Below, one piece after another: positions 1 to 8,626 of a stretch of 20,000 nucleotides of DNA (positions are counted from its first letter, which is position 1; each line of letters starts with the position of its first letter). The DNA is from an uncultured virus (IMG/VR IMGVR_UViG_3300025120_014716). Taxonomy: Duplodnaviria > Heunggongvirae > Uroviricota > Caudoviricetes. A program made the position numbers and the translations under genes. The notes under the pieces were generated by a model that saw only the letters and a list, made by a program, of their open reading frames with translations, searched no databases and was not told the origin of the DNA. The stretch lies in IMG/VR virus record IMGVR_UViG_3300025120_014716. One strand, given 5' to 3'.

Positions 1-48
1 AATTTTGCTAAATATTTAATAGAGCATCATGATCAAAAAGAAAAGTAA
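1..48 (+). CDS. 3' end of an upstream ORF (partial, ...NFAKYLIEHHDQKEK*)
   Basis: Frame 1 is open from the window start to TAA at 46-48 and abuts the next ATG at 49. Confidence 0.45.
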   Translation, partial: NFAKYLIEHHDQKEK

Positions 49-135
49 ATGGGGTTTATGATATTAATATTTTGTTCCTGGGTTATATTAGAATTAGCCT
101 GGAACTTTTCAAAAGATAAAAAAGATAAAAAATAA
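49..135 (+). CDS. Small putative membrane peptide (28 aa, MGFMILIFCSWVILELAWNFSKDKKDKK)
   Basis: Manually translated. Hydrophobic N-terminus with a basic tail, and it fills the gap between flanking ORFs. Confidence 0.45.
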   Translation: MGFMILIFCSWVILELAWNFSKDKKDKK

Positions 136-138
136 ATT

Positions 139-519
139 ATGAATAATAGTAAATTTATGGAGGAATTTCCTCCTTTGACAAGGAAAGAAGTACATGCTCT
201 TTTAAAAAATAAGGAAGAGTATAACCAATTAGAGGCTATTCCAGGATGGGTTCATAAAGAGGGTATTTTATGTAAGTCAGATGCTGAGATGTCCTTATAC
301 TTTGCAGAAAATGAACTTTCAGAGGTTGAGACTTTTTGTGAGGTTGATAAGAAAATCGAAAGGCTAAGGCACATATTAAGTTTGCCATTTCAATCAAAAA
401 TTGAAGTTGAGATATTGACTGATGAGTTAATTGAGCCAGGAATAAAAATGTTAGCACTGGTTAAAAGAATAGAAGTTTTAAAAGAAATACTTTCAGCATG
501 TCAGAAAAGCAATACATAG
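139..519 (+). CDS. Hypothetical phage protein (126 aa)
   Basis: ORF track; A-rich upstream context (AAATTATG); overlaps the next gene. Confidence 0.75.
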   Translation: MNNSKFMEEFPPLTRKEVHALLKNKEEYNQLEAIPGWVHKEGILCKSDAEMSLYFAENELSEVETFCEVDKKIERLRHILSLPFQSKIEVEILTDELIEPGIKMLALVKRIEVLKEILSACQKSNT

Positions 520-1100
520 GTATTGATCCTGGTAAGTCAGGTCACCTGGTAATAATACAAGGGAGAGAAGTTATCAAATACCCATTTCCTAAAATAGGAA
601 AAGAGTATGACTACAGGGGTATGTTGGATTTGTTCCTGAAACTTGAAGAGAACAACTGTCACATTGTTATTGAAGATGTCAAGGCTCTCCAGGGAAACAT
701 GAAGGCAGGTAACTGGTCCTTAAGTGAGGGTAAAACAATACTTATTATGTGTTGTGTTGCATTAGGCTTGAGACATACCCTGGTACACTCAAAGACATGG
801 CAAAAAGAGGTTTGGCAAGGTGTCCCTCTCCAGAAAAAAGCAGATGGTAAGGGTAAGGATGGTAAGATCAAATATAAAACAGATACAAAGGCAATGACAT
901 TGATTGCAGTTAAAAGGTTATTTCCAGGTGTGGACCTGAGAGTGGACCAGGAGGCTAAATATTATGCAGACTCAGCAACCAACAGAAAAAAAGGAATAGC
1001 AGGCACTGAAATTCCAAGAAAAGGAAATAAACCAGATGATGGAGTTTGTGATGCACTGGCAATGGCATATTATTGTAAACTAAAATTTGGAAAGTCATGA
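498..1100 (+). CDS. ruvC: RuvC-like Holliday junction resolvase (RNase H fold), phage type
   Basis: N-terminal YIGIDPGKSG, central VIED and C-terminal DGVCDALAMA acidic catalytic motifs. Confidence 0.85.
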   Translation: MSEKQYIGIDPGKSGHLVIIQGREVIKYPFPKIGKEYDYRGMLDLFLKLEENNCHIVIEDVKALQGNMKAGNWSLSEGKTILIMCCVALGLRHTLVHSKTWQKEVWQGVPLQKKADGKGKDGKIKYKTDTKAMTLIAVKRLFPGVDLRVDQEAKYYADSATNRKKGIAGTEIPRKGNKPDDGVCDALAMAYYCKLKFGKS

Positions 1101-1363
1101 GTAATGTAAGTAGATTGAATTTAAAAAATGTTATTGATAAACCATTTTTGAAAAAAAGACTGAGGCAAATAATGATCAACTCAGGTAGGCATCAGATGTT
1201 GGAGTCCCTGGACAACAAATCAATTGCCAGGGTTATGTATTTCCTTAAAGGATACCTAAAATGTATTGAGTACCATGGAATACAACCAATTAATACAAGT
1301 GAACTGCAGGATCTCCTGGTAAGGGAGGCATATGATTTCATTGAGGAATATACAACACATTAA
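1097..1363 (+). CDS. Hypothetical protein (88 aa)
   Basis: ATGA overlap with the resolvase gene; ends just before a terminator. Confidence 0.75.
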   Translation: MSNVSRLNLKNVIDKPFLKKRLRQIMINSGRHQMLESLDNKSIARVMYFLKGYLKCIEYHGIQPINTSELQDLLVREAYDFIEEYTTH

Positions 1364-1367
1364 AAAC

Positions 1368-1397
1368 AAAAGGGAACCTTAAACAGTTCCCTTTTTT
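1368..1397. terminator. Bidirectional intrinsic terminator
   Basis: AAAAGGGAAC(1368-1377)-loop-GTTCCCTTTT(1386-1395) hairpin flanked by A and T tracts, between convergent ORFs. Confidence 0.85.
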
Positions 1398-1411
1398 ATT
1401 TGTGTATTCTA

Positions 1412-1906
1412 TTACTTTCCAAGGTTTGCATCCTTAAACTCCTTTAATTTAGCATCCTTTATTTCTTTTACTTCATGAGATTTAGTGTTGGCTCTTGCAG
1501 CAAAGTGATTTTTTATTCTCTCTCTGCCATCAGCAGTCCCTGTGTTAAACTTTCCAATGGTATTTGTACCAAAACCTCTATCTCTTTTTATAGGGACCAG
1601 GAGAGCCTTATTTTCTAAATTTATAAGAGGTTTTTTCCATTTGTCCAGGTAAATAGTTTCAGATCCTTCAAATTTTGTAGAATACTGAGATACAAAAAAT
1701 TCCTTTCCAGTCTCAGGACATTTGAAGTTATTAGAAGATGTTTTTTTGTCATCCACATCCTCTGTTTTATAAAAAGCAGCACCACATGCAACACAACATT
1801 TTTCTTGGTGGAACCTGGTAGGAGGCTTACAGGTTAAAAACTTTGAGGTTATAACCTTATATTCACTACATAGGTCATTCATACACACACTTTGATTCTT
1901 TTCCAT
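1412..1906 (-). CDS. Hypothetical Cys-rich (possible zinc-ribbon) protein (164 aa)
   Basis: Long minus-strand ORF with CMNDLC, CCVACG and CPETG; ends at the bidirectional terminator. Confidence 0.75.
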   Translation of the reverse strand: MEKNQSVCMNDLCSEYKVITSKFLTCKPPTRFHQEKCCVACGAAFYKTEDVDDKKTSSNNFKCPETGKEFFVSQYSTKFEGSETIYLDKWKKPLINLENKALLVPIKRDRGFGTNTIGKFNTGTADGRERIKNHFAARANTKSHEVKEIKDAKLKEFKDANLGK

Positions 1907-1948
1907 AGTTTTATTAGTTATTTTAATTTGTGTTAAAATGAGGTGATC

Positions 1949-2215
1949 TTATGAACTTGTGTACCATTTCCAGGCAAAGCTAATTGATAGTTTTATATTC
2001 ATTATTTCAAGTTTATCAATTTGACCTTTTACTACTCCTGCCTGGTATCCAATGTTAAGGTTGTTTTTTAAAACCTCAGTAATGTTTTTACCATTTAAGG
2101 TATGAAATTGTAAGTTTCTGTCTCCTGGTATAAACTCAAATGTAATGTAATACTGATCATCTATAAGCAATATGCTATAGCCTTCATCATTTAATAATTT
2201 AATAATTCCCTCCAT
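1949..2215 (-). CDS. Hypothetical protein (88 aa)
   Basis: ORF track; co-oriented with 1412..1906; no competing plus-strand ORF. Confidence 0.6.
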   Translation of the reverse strand: MEGIIKLLNDEGYSILLIDDQYYITFEFIPGDRNLQFHTLNGKNITEVLKNNLNIGYQAGVVKGQIDKLEIMNIKLSISFAWKWYTSS

Positions 2216-2230
2216 ACAAATGTATTTTAT

Positions 2231-2269
2231 ATTTAAGTGGTAAATATACTAATTTACTACTTACATTTG
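2231..2269 (+). promoter_or_regulatory. Conserved promoter/operator motif, copy 1, ending in Bacteroidota -7 element TACATTTG
   Basis: ATTTAA-gtgg-TAAATA-tact-AATTTA-ctac-TTACATTTG; same spacing as the copies at 5510 and 11153. Confidence 0.55.
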
Positions 2270-2381
2270 CAGTAAATAGGTCTATTCTTGATTTGTACTC
2301 CTATGTATTCAGGATCTATATATACATTATAATTAAATAAACATATGTATCTATATAATTATAATTTTATGACTATTTAAT

Positions 2382-2412
2382 TTTGTAGGTTTAAATTTAA
2401 GAGTTAGATTTG
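2382..2412 (+). promoter_or_regulatory. Bacteroidota housekeeping-sigma promoter (-33 TTTG / -7 TAGATTTG)
   Basis: TTTG(2382-2385)-N19-TAGATTTG(2405-2412) matches the Bacteroides/Flavobacterium consensus TTTG-N19-21-TAnnTTTG. Confidence 0.7.
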
Positions 2413-2417
2413 CAACC

Positions 2418-2551
2418 GAAGACAAAGTTTTGAGTACAAATCATTTTAGCAAAAAATAAGAAATTAAAATACAAAGAACCAGGATCAAATACATTTGCAA
2501 AACTGTACTATTAGGTTATCACAAATACTTTGTCTTCTACCCTGGTTCTTT
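2418..2551 (+). ncRNA. Candidate structured 5' leader or ncRNA (long hairpin plus pseudoknot)
   Basis: Two perfect 11-bp inverted repeats in interleaved order (2418-2428/2527-2537 and 2473-2483/2541-2551), starting at the predicted TSS. Confidence 0.4.
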
Positions 2552-2572
2552 TTTAAATTGTAGTAGAAGGCA

Positions 2573-3436
2573 GTGATTAAAGTAGCAGAGAACACTTATA
2601 AATTGGCAAATAGTAACGGAATACTTAAAGAGTATTTGACATATTGCCAGTTGAAGTCCTACAGTAATAGTGGATGCATTAATAAAAGAGATGTAAGTTC
2701 TGCAGCAAAATTCATTAAAAAGGGTGTTTCTACTCTTAGAGATCATTTGACAGTATTGGTAAACCAGGGACTTGTTAGAAGAGGCAAGCATCACTATAGC
2801 CTGGTTTCATATGATACAGCCTGGAGCATGCTTGGTCAGGATCTTTCTCCAAATAAAAACGGTAAGAGAAATGGTAACTTTGCCATATTTAAGTTACCAT
2901 TAAAATACTTAAAAGAAAATATTGAATTTAATGAAATAGAATTGGAAGTAAAGAGGTCTGCAGTTAAGGCAAAAAGTTTTATACTGTGCAATTACAAGTC
3001 ACTTTCCGACATAGAAATAAAAAGGATCAAGTCATGCTCATTAACCGATCTAAGGTCCATCCTGGATGATCTATATGTGGAGCAAATGTCAGTTGAGAAA
3101 GGAGTTAAAAATTGCATTGATAATAAAATTAAAGCCAGGTACAGTAGGGCAAAAGATAAAGAATTTAAGTACACAAAAATAACTCCATTTCCAACTTGTA
3201 GAAGGATAGCCTTAATTTTGGGTTATTCCAACTCAGTAAGGACTGGGAGTTTAATAAGAGAAAGGATTCAAAAGGCAGGGTTTGCCAAGTGGATCTCCAG
3301 GAGGGTGAATTTTTGTAAAACTGTAAGTTTTGAGGGTACAAAGACAGTCAGGGAGTTAGCCTGTAAGTATGGACCTGTAAAGGATAACGGTGCATTTGGT
3401 ACGGTTGAATTAATATCTAAATTTACAGTAAAATGA
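2573..3436 (+). CDS. Basic DNA-binding protein with N-terminal winged HTH; possibly replication-initiator-like or a regulator (287 aa)
   Basis: GTG start. The segment SAAKFIKKGVSTLRDHLTVLVNQGLV resembles a wHTH, and a second HTH-like segment TCRRIALILGYSNSVRTG lies near the C-terminus. Function inferred. Confidence 0.6.
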   Translation: MIKVAENTYKLANSNGILKEYLTYCQLKSYSNSGCINKRDVSSAAKFIKKGVSTLRDHLTVLVNQGLVRRGKHHYSLVSYDTAWSMLGQDLSPNKNGKRNGNFAIFKLPLKYLKENIEFNEIELEVKRSAVKAKSFILCNYKSLSDIEIKRIKSCSLTDLRSILDDLYVEQMSVEKGVKNCIDNKIKARYSRAKDKEFKYTKITPFPTCRRIALILGYSNSVRTGSLIRERIQKAGFAKWISRRVNFCKTVSFEGTKTVRELACKYGPVKDNGAFGTVELISKFTVK

Positions 3437-3879
3437 ATACTGTTTACGTTTACACAGATGGATCTTGTAACTATAAGGATAAAAAAGGTGGCATTGGAAT
3501 ACACATGAGGTACCAGGATCATGAAAAAAACATTTCAAAGGGTTACAGTAATACCACTACAGGTAGAATGGAGTTAAGAGCAGTCCTTACAGCACTTAAA
3601 ACAATAAATAACAAGTCAGTTAAGGTTGAGGTACATTCAGACTCACAGTATGTTGTTAATACAGTCAATACCTGGATGTATTCCTGGGAGAAAGAAAATT
3701 ATTCAGGTAAGAAAAATGTTGACCTTGTAAAGGCTATTATGGCTGAGGTTAAAAAATTCTCACCTGGTAGTGTTATTCTCACCTGGGTAAAGGGTCACAG
3801 TGGGGTCCCTGGTAATGAATTAGCAGACTTATTGGCAAATGAAGGTAGACTATCAGAAAATTTAGAATTATGTCAGTAG
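3433..3879 (+). CDS. rnhA: Ribonuclease HI
   Basis: Canonical motifs YTDGSC, TTxxRMELRA, SDSQYV, KNVDL and WVKGHSGxxGNELADLLA. Confidence 0.95.
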   Translation: MNTVYVYTDGSCNYKDKKGGIGIHMRYQDHEKNISKGYSNTTTGRMELRAVLTALKTINNKSVKVEVHSDSQYVVNTVNTWMYSWEKENYSGKKNVDLVKAIMAEVKKFSPGSVILTWVKGHSGVPGNELADLLANEGRLSENLELCQ

Positions 3880-4109
3880 TACCAGGTAACACAGTCTTGA
3901 TAATTACAAAAATAAATGGAGAGGTTGAGTATGGGGTTTATAAAAATGAAATGTTTTTTATATTTCAGAAAATAATAAGCAAACCATGCAATTGTGTAAC
4001 AGGTCACAACTGTTTAGAGTTACCAGGTGATCAATTAAAAAATTGGTCCCTTCCAGGTAATAGTTATTCTGAAAGTCTTAACTATATTTATTCAGAATAC
4101 TTAATTTAA
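3870..4109 (+). CDS. Hypothetical protein (79 aa)
   Basis: ORF track; tightly packed in the operon. Confidence 0.6.
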   Translation: MSVVPGNTVLIITKINGEVEYGVYKNEMFFIFQKIISKPCNCVTGHNCLELPGDQLKNWSLPGNSYSESLNYIYSEYLI

Positions 4110-4114
4110 TAAAA

Positions 4115-4459
4115 ATGATAACAAATTTACTATTGGGTGACATTGGTTTCACAGAGTCTGAAAAAATATGTAAAAACTTATTTACAAAAAGTCTTGAGTA
4201 TGAAAGTTGGCAGTTAATATACTTTCAAGGTTGGATTTTTTTAAATAAGGGTTTGGATTTGGACTATATGGCTTATGCATATCCAGATGAAGATGTATGG
4301 ATGGACTCCTTGGAAAAAATGCAAAAAATTCCTACTTCTAATTTGACAGAGGATGACTTCATTAAAATAATGAACAAAATAACTCAAACCTTTGTTGATC
4401 TTGAGATGTCAATAGATTTGATTTTTGCATCAAATACTAACCTTGGTAATTACAACTAA
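4115..4459 (+). CDS. Hypothetical protein (114 aa)
   Basis: ORF track; A-rich start context. Confidence 0.7.
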   Translation: MITNLLLGDIGFTESEKICKNLFTKSLEYESWQLIYFQGWIFLNKGLDLDYMAYAYPDEDVWMDSLEKMQKIPTSNLTEDDFIKIMNKITQTFVDLEMSIDLIFASNTNLGNYN

Positions 4460-4473
4460 ACTAAAATAATCCA

Positions 4474-4677
4474 ATGTATGAAAATATAGTAAATGCAAAA
4501 GTATCCTCTGAAATTAAAGATACTTACTTTGGCATAAGATACTCTGCCTGCATCCTGGTAGGGAGGTTAAATAAACAACAGGAAATGGAAGGAGAGGTGG
4601 ACAAAAGTGATGTTGCAATCCTGGACATATATAATTTAATTCTTACTGACTTTAAATATCAAATTTTAAAAAAATGA
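4474..4677 (+). CDS. Hypothetical protein (67 aa)
   Basis: ORF track; ATGA overlap with the next gene. Confidence 0.65.
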   Translation: MYENIVNAKVSSEIKDTYFGIRYSACILVGRLNKQQEMEGEVDKSDVAILDIYNLILTDFKYQILKK

Positions 4678-4967
4678 AGTGGTTTATAGCATCATATTGT
4701 GTATTTATATTCTTTTCAACAGGCATTGAGGTTCCTTTTTACAATGTAGGGGTAAAAGAAGATGTCCAGGAGGTTTACAATCCAATGCCAAGGCTAAAAA
4801 AGATGGTTGGTATTCCAGACAGTGCAAATTTCCAGGATCATAGGTATTGTACAATAGGATGGGAAAAGAGAGTAAAATTTGTTTTAGATAGTTTGCAAAA
4901 AAATATTGATAAAAGGAGAAAAATTAAAAGAGATTTATTAAATTTAAAGAGCAAAGATCCAATCTAA
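4674..4967 (+). CDS. Hypothetical protein with N-terminal signal/TM segment (97 aa)
   Basis: Hydrophobic N-terminus MKWFIASYCVFIFFSTG. Confidence 0.65.
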   Translation: MKWFIASYCVFIFFSTGIEVPFYNVGVKEDVQEVYNPMPRLKKMVGIPDSANFQDHRYCTIGWEKRVKFVLDSLQKNIDKRRKIKRDLLNLKSKDPI

Positions 4968-4969
4968 AA

Positions 4970-5218
4970 ATGACCAGAGAATTATTCAAATTAGACTCTA
5001 CTATCTCATGGGGAAAACATGAGGGTCAAACCATAAAATACATAATAGATAACGAAATAAGCTACATTAAATTGTTAGTTGAGGATGTTACATGGTTTGA
5101 ATTGGACCGTAAGTCATGGGAGTGCTATATTAAAAAGAGTAGGGACCTGGACAAATTTAACAGATCTAAAAATATTGAAAAACAAAAAAGGAGCATAAAT
5201 TATGGAGAAGGATATTAA
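4970..5218 (+). CDS. Small protein with FGKYKG-like motif (DUF3820 / ExoX C-terminal-like)
   Basis: ISWGKHEGQTIKYIIDNEISYIKLL resembles the (F/W)GK(Y/H)KG-x-xI-xx-I-xxx-D-xxY motif. Confidence 0.6.
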   Translation: MTRELFKLDSTISWGKHEGQTIKYIIDNEISYIKLLVEDVTWFELDRKSWECYIKKSRDLDKFNRSKNIEKQKRSINYGEGY

Positions 5219-5360
5219 TGGTACAGAACTTATGACAGAAAACTCAAGTTTTATAAAAGGTTTTCCATGCCTGGAAGTAAGTGTTGGGCATGTGCCAGAT
5301 TATAATGAAGAGGAAGAGTCTGAGGTTCCAGGAAATTGGTACCATCCTTTGAAGGATTAA
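5202..5360 (+). CDS. Small acidic hypothetical protein (52 aa)
   Basis: Manually translated (MEKDINGTELMTENSSFIKGFPCLEVSVGHVPDYNEEEESEVPGNWYHPLKD); below the ORF-track cutoff. Confidence 0.55.
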   Translation: MEKDINGTELMTENSSFIKGFPCLEVSVGHVPDYNEEEESEVPGNWYHPLKD

Positions 5361-5461
5361 ATAATATTACATAATATAGTTTTAACTGCAAATGCTTAAC
5401 GGTGTATGTTAGTAATGGGAGAGTAACTCAAAAAGTTTCTTGTTTTGTTTGTTTATAGTTT

Positions 5462-5495
5462 AGAGGGGCATTATGTTTGGTGCCTCTCTTTTTTT
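5462..5495 (+). terminator. Intrinsic terminator
   Basis: AGAGGGGCA-loop-TGCCTCTCT stem with one G-U pair, followed by a T run. Confidence 0.8.
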
Positions 5496-5509
5496 ATTAA
5501 ATAATTACC

Positions 5510-5548
5510 ATTTAATGCTTAAACTTTAAAGTTTATTATTTATATTTG
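5510..5548 (+). promoter_or_regulatory. Conserved promoter/operator motif, copy 2 (-7 TATATTTG), upstream of the helicase operon
   Basis: ATTTAA-tgct-TAAACT-ttaa-AGTTTA-ttat-TTATATTTG, directly after a terminator and about 30 nt before the ATG. Confidence 0.7.
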
Positions 5549-5577
5549 ATGTTATTATACACATAAGATCTAAAGGT

Positions 5578-7029
5578 ATGAGTAAAAGCTATCCAAAGTA
5601 TGTGGACCAGGACAACAAAGAAATGGTTCAAATTTATAATTCATTGGAAGATGGGAGTGAAAGCATCTTATTATTGGGAAAGGCAGGGTCAGGTAAGACA
5701 ACCTTTTTGCAAAATTACATAAAAGATAAGTTTTCAAAAAGCATAGTTACAATTGCACCAACAGGAATTGCTGCATTAAATGCAGGAGGTCAAACCATAC
5801 ATAAGTTTTTTGGATTTTCGTTTGAACCAAAGGTTCCAAATGACAGTGCATCACTTGGAAGGGTTAAGGGTTCAAATGTTGGAGTTATTGAGGGCATGGA
5901 CATCCTGGTAATTGATGAGGTAAGTATGGTAAGGGCAGACTTGCTTGATGCAATAGATTATACAATGAGGTCAATAAGGATCAATGATTCACCATTTGGA
6001 GGTGTTAAGGTATTGATGGTTGGTGATCCTTACCAACTTTCACCAGTGTATAAGTTTGAGGAAAAGAAGGTTTTGTCAAAGCATTATAAGGATCTTAACT
6101 TTTTTGATGCAAAAGTATTCCAGGGTGACATAAAGTGTATAGAGTTAAAAAAAGTTTACAGGCAAAATGACCAGGAGTTTCTGGACATATTAAACAACAT
6201 AAGATTAAATAGGGATGTGTTTAAAAGCGTAACTAAATTAAACAAAACTTGCATACATAGGGAGTTGGAAGGTGCAGCCATTGAACTTGCACCAACAAAC
6301 GCAGTAGCAAAGGAAATTAATTCCAGGCACTTGTATGAACTTACAACAAACGAGTATGATTTTTCAGGATCATTCCAGGGAGAGTTTGATAAAAATTCAC
6401 TTCCAACAGATGAGGTGTTAAAGTTAAAGGTAGGCTCTCAGGTTATGTTTGTTAAAAATGACCAGGAGGAAAGATATGTTAATGGAACTATAGGAATAGT
6501 AAAAGAAATATCCAATGGTATTGATCCATACATTAAGGTCCAGGTCTCAGATGATAAGGAATTGATTAAGGTGGGAAGGCATATGTGGGAGAACTTTCAA
6601 TATAAGTCAGTAAAAGGAAGGGTTGAGAAAAAAATAACAGGATCATTCACTCAAATACCTTTAAAATTAGCCTGGGCAGTTACCATACATAAAAGCCAGG
6701 GTTTGACCTTTGATAAAATGAGGCTAAACATGGGTAAGGGTATGTTTAATGCAGGGCAATTGTATGTGGCATTATCCAGGTGTAAAACATTAGAGGGACT
6801 TTCTATCATTGGAAGGATCAGACCATCAGATGTCAAGTCAGTAGATGTAATAAATGAATTTATTGTAAAGACAAAGAGAGGTGAAATAAACCTGGCTAAG
6901 ATGTCAGAGGAGGAAAGAGTGGTCCAGGAGTTTATTGATGAAACACAGCCATCAGAATGGGCATTAGAAAACGGTGTTATGATTGAGCACTTAGTTGATT
7001 TTTATAAATATATAAATTCAAGATTATGA
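5578..7029 (+). CDS. Pif1/RecD-like superfamily 1B DNA helicase
   Basis: Walker A GKAGSGKT, APTGIAA..GGQTIH, IDEVSM, GDPYQL, VYRQ, AWAVTIHKSQGLT and YVALSR motifs. Confidence 0.93.
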   Translation: MSKSYPKYVDQDNKEMVQIYNSLEDGSESILLLGKAGSGKTTFLQNYIKDKFSKSIVTIAPTGIAALNAGGQTIHKFFGFSFEPKVPNDSASLGRVKGSNVGVIEGMDILVIDEVSMVRADLLDAIDYTMRSIRINDSPFGGVKVLMVGDPYQLSPVYKFEEKKVLSKHYKDLNFFDAKVFQGDIKCIELKKVYRQNDQEFLDILNNIRLNRDVFKSVTKLNKTCIHRELEGAAIELAPTNAVAKEINSRHLYELTTNEYDFSGSFQGEFDKNSLPTDEVLKLKVGSQVMFVKNDQEERYVNGTIGIVKEISNGIDPYIKVQVSDDKELIKVGRHMWENFQYKSVKGRVEKKITGSFTQIPLKLAWAVTIHKSQGLTFDKMRLNMGKGMFNAGQLYVALSRCKTLEGLSIIGRIRPSDVKSVDVINEFIVKTKRGEINLAKMSEEERVVQEFIDETQPSEWALENGVMIEHLVDFYKYINSRL

Positions 7030-7427
7030 TTATTGAGGAAAATGGTATTTTAGCAGTGTCTATTGCATCACTTGTAGGATTATCAATTGGAGTATTTTTG
7101 GTAGAAAGGGAAAGGTACCTGGAGAAAAAATACTATGTGTCAAATTGGAAGGTTGCATACAACCATGAGGGTAGGTCCTTTAAGGATGCACTTTATAGGG
7201 CAGATGTCCATGTACCAGTGCATACTGTTAAAATAGAGTTAACTTATATTTACAATAAGGAAGAGGTTTCTGGAGTGTTTGTAAAAGCCAGAGATACAGG
7301 TTTATGGATGGACCACTATACAGGAGATCCAGTAAGAGCAGATGATGAAAATTTATCAGATATTCTTGATTATATTACTCACAGCAGCAGTGGAGATTTT
7401 AACGGAAACAAGGAATTTAACTTTTAA
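7026..7427 (+). CDS. Hypothetical membrane-anchored protein (133 aa)
   Basis: N-terminal TM segment GILAVSIASLVGLSIGVFLV; ATGA overlap. Confidence 0.7.
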   Translation: MIIEENGILAVSIASLVGLSIGVFLVERERYLEKKYYVSNWKVAYNHEGRSFKDALYRADVHVPVHTVKIELTYIYNKEEVSGVFVKARDTGLWMDHYTGDPVRADDENLSDILDYITHSSSGDFNGNKEFNF

Positions 7428-7439
7428 TAATTTAACTTT

Positions 7440-7946
7440 ATGGTTTTAGAATTAGAAAATTTGGAAAAGACAATATCTGCAATATTGGAGGCAGATCCAG
7501 GTTGTATAAAAAATGATCAGATGCTACACATAGCAGTATGGGCAGAGCAAAATAATTCTCTGACAGATGAAGGTAGGTTGTCAATTGACTTTATAAGAGA
7601 TTATACAGGTGGTTTTTATGTTAGTACTGAGGTAATTAATAAAGTTAAAAAAAGACTTGTAAGCAAGGGAAGGCTAAAAGAGAACAGTCACTTTCATGGT
7701 CATACATATGATAAGAATAGAGATCATGTGAGGTTAACTAAAAAGATAAAAGAGTTGTATGATTTGATGAAGGATGGCACCTGGAGAACAGTTGCTGAGA
7801 TCCATGAAATATTGGGTCATAAACATTCAACAATAGATGCAAACCTTAGAAATTTGAGAAGGGAGGACAAAGGCTATCACCAGACTCCAGGTAGAAAAAG
7901 GAATGGAATAGGTGACTTTGAATACAAATTAATTCCAAATGAGTGA
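7440..7946 (+). CDS. Phage protein with C-terminal HTH (168 aa)
   Basis: WRTVAEIHEILGHKHSTIDANLRNLRR is HTH-like. Confidence 0.7.
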   Translation: MVLELENLEKTISAILEADPGCIKNDQMLHIAVWAEQNNSLTDEGRLSIDFIRDYTGGFYVSTEVINKVKKRLVSKGRLKENSHFHGHTYDKNRDHVRLTKKIKELYDLMKDGTWRTVAEIHEILGHKHSTIDANLRNLRREDKGYHQTPGRKRNGIGDFEYKLIPNE

Positions 7947-8025
7947 GACAGAGAAGAGAGTGATGAACAGGTGTATATATTTATTAATCCTGGTTGCCAT
8001 GATCGTAAGACTGAGTATAGTTTAA
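7939..8025 (+). CDS. Small putative membrane peptide (28 aa)
   Basis: Manually translated (MSETEKRVMNRCIYLLILVAMIVRLSIV); fills the intergenic gap. Confidence 0.45.
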   Translation: MSETEKRVMNRCIYLLILVAMIVRLSIV

Positions 8026-8035
8026 TTAGTAGTGA

Positions 8036-8626
8036 ATGAAATTTTTGAGAAAGACAAAATACTATGATGGAATAGTATTTGAGTGGAATTTACCAAGTGG
8101 ATCTTCATGTCCATCAGCATTAGAGTGTTTGGTAAAAGTGGACAGGAAAACAGGAAAGTTCAACAACAAAAGTAAGGCATACAGGTGCTATTCAGCTATG
8201 CAGGAGAGGTTCCCTGCAGTAAGAGAGCACAGGTGGAAAAACTTTGACTACCTGAGAGCAGGTGGTATTCCAGAAATACCTGCAAAGGCAAAACACATAA
8301 GGATCCATATGAGTGGAGATTTTTATTCCCAGGATTATTTTGACATGTGGTTAAAATTGTGTGCAGAGCATCCAGATGTGGAGTTTTGGGCATATACTAA
8401 AAGTCTTAACTATTGGATAAAAAGCATAAACAATGTACCAGATAATTTGACAATTACAGCAAGTAAGGGAGGAAAGCATGATCACCTTATTGATGAACAT
8501 AACCTTAAGTATGTTGAAATAATAAAAAAACCTGAACAGGCAAAAGGTAGACCAATTGATGAAAAGGACAGAGAGGCAAGAAAGCCAGATGTAAACTTTT
8601 GCTTATTAGATAATTTTGCAAAATAA
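8036..8626 (+). CDS. GP88-family (radical-SAM-related) phage protein
   Basis: NLPSGxSCP..C...CY, RIHMSGDFYS and FWAYTKS motifs typical of the GP88 family. Confidence 0.8.
   Translation: MKFLRKTKYYDGIVFEWNLPSGSSCPSALECLVKVDRKTGKFNNKSKAYRCYSAMQERFPAVREHRWKNFDYLRAGGIPEIPAKAKHIRIHMSGDFYSQDYFDMWLKLCAEHPDVEFWAYTKSLNYWIKSINNVPDNLTITASKGGKHDHLIDEHNLKYVEIIKKPEQAKGRPIDEKDREARKPDVNFCLLDNFAK

Noticed and set aside
498..1100. RuvC-like ORF as TnpB/Cas12 or transposase
   Set aside because: Only 200 aa with a contiguous resolvase-type motif layout, no zinc finger, and no flanking element ends or array.
2217..2224. Minus-strand TACATTTG as promoter for ORF 1949..2215
   Set aside because: It ends 1 nt from the ATG, so the implied TSS would fall inside the ORF. 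It cannot be supported without TSS data.
5361..5461. About 100-nt non-coding gap before the terminator as tRNA/ncRNA
   Set aside because: No cloverleaf, T-loop motif or convincing stems seen; may simply be 3' UTR.
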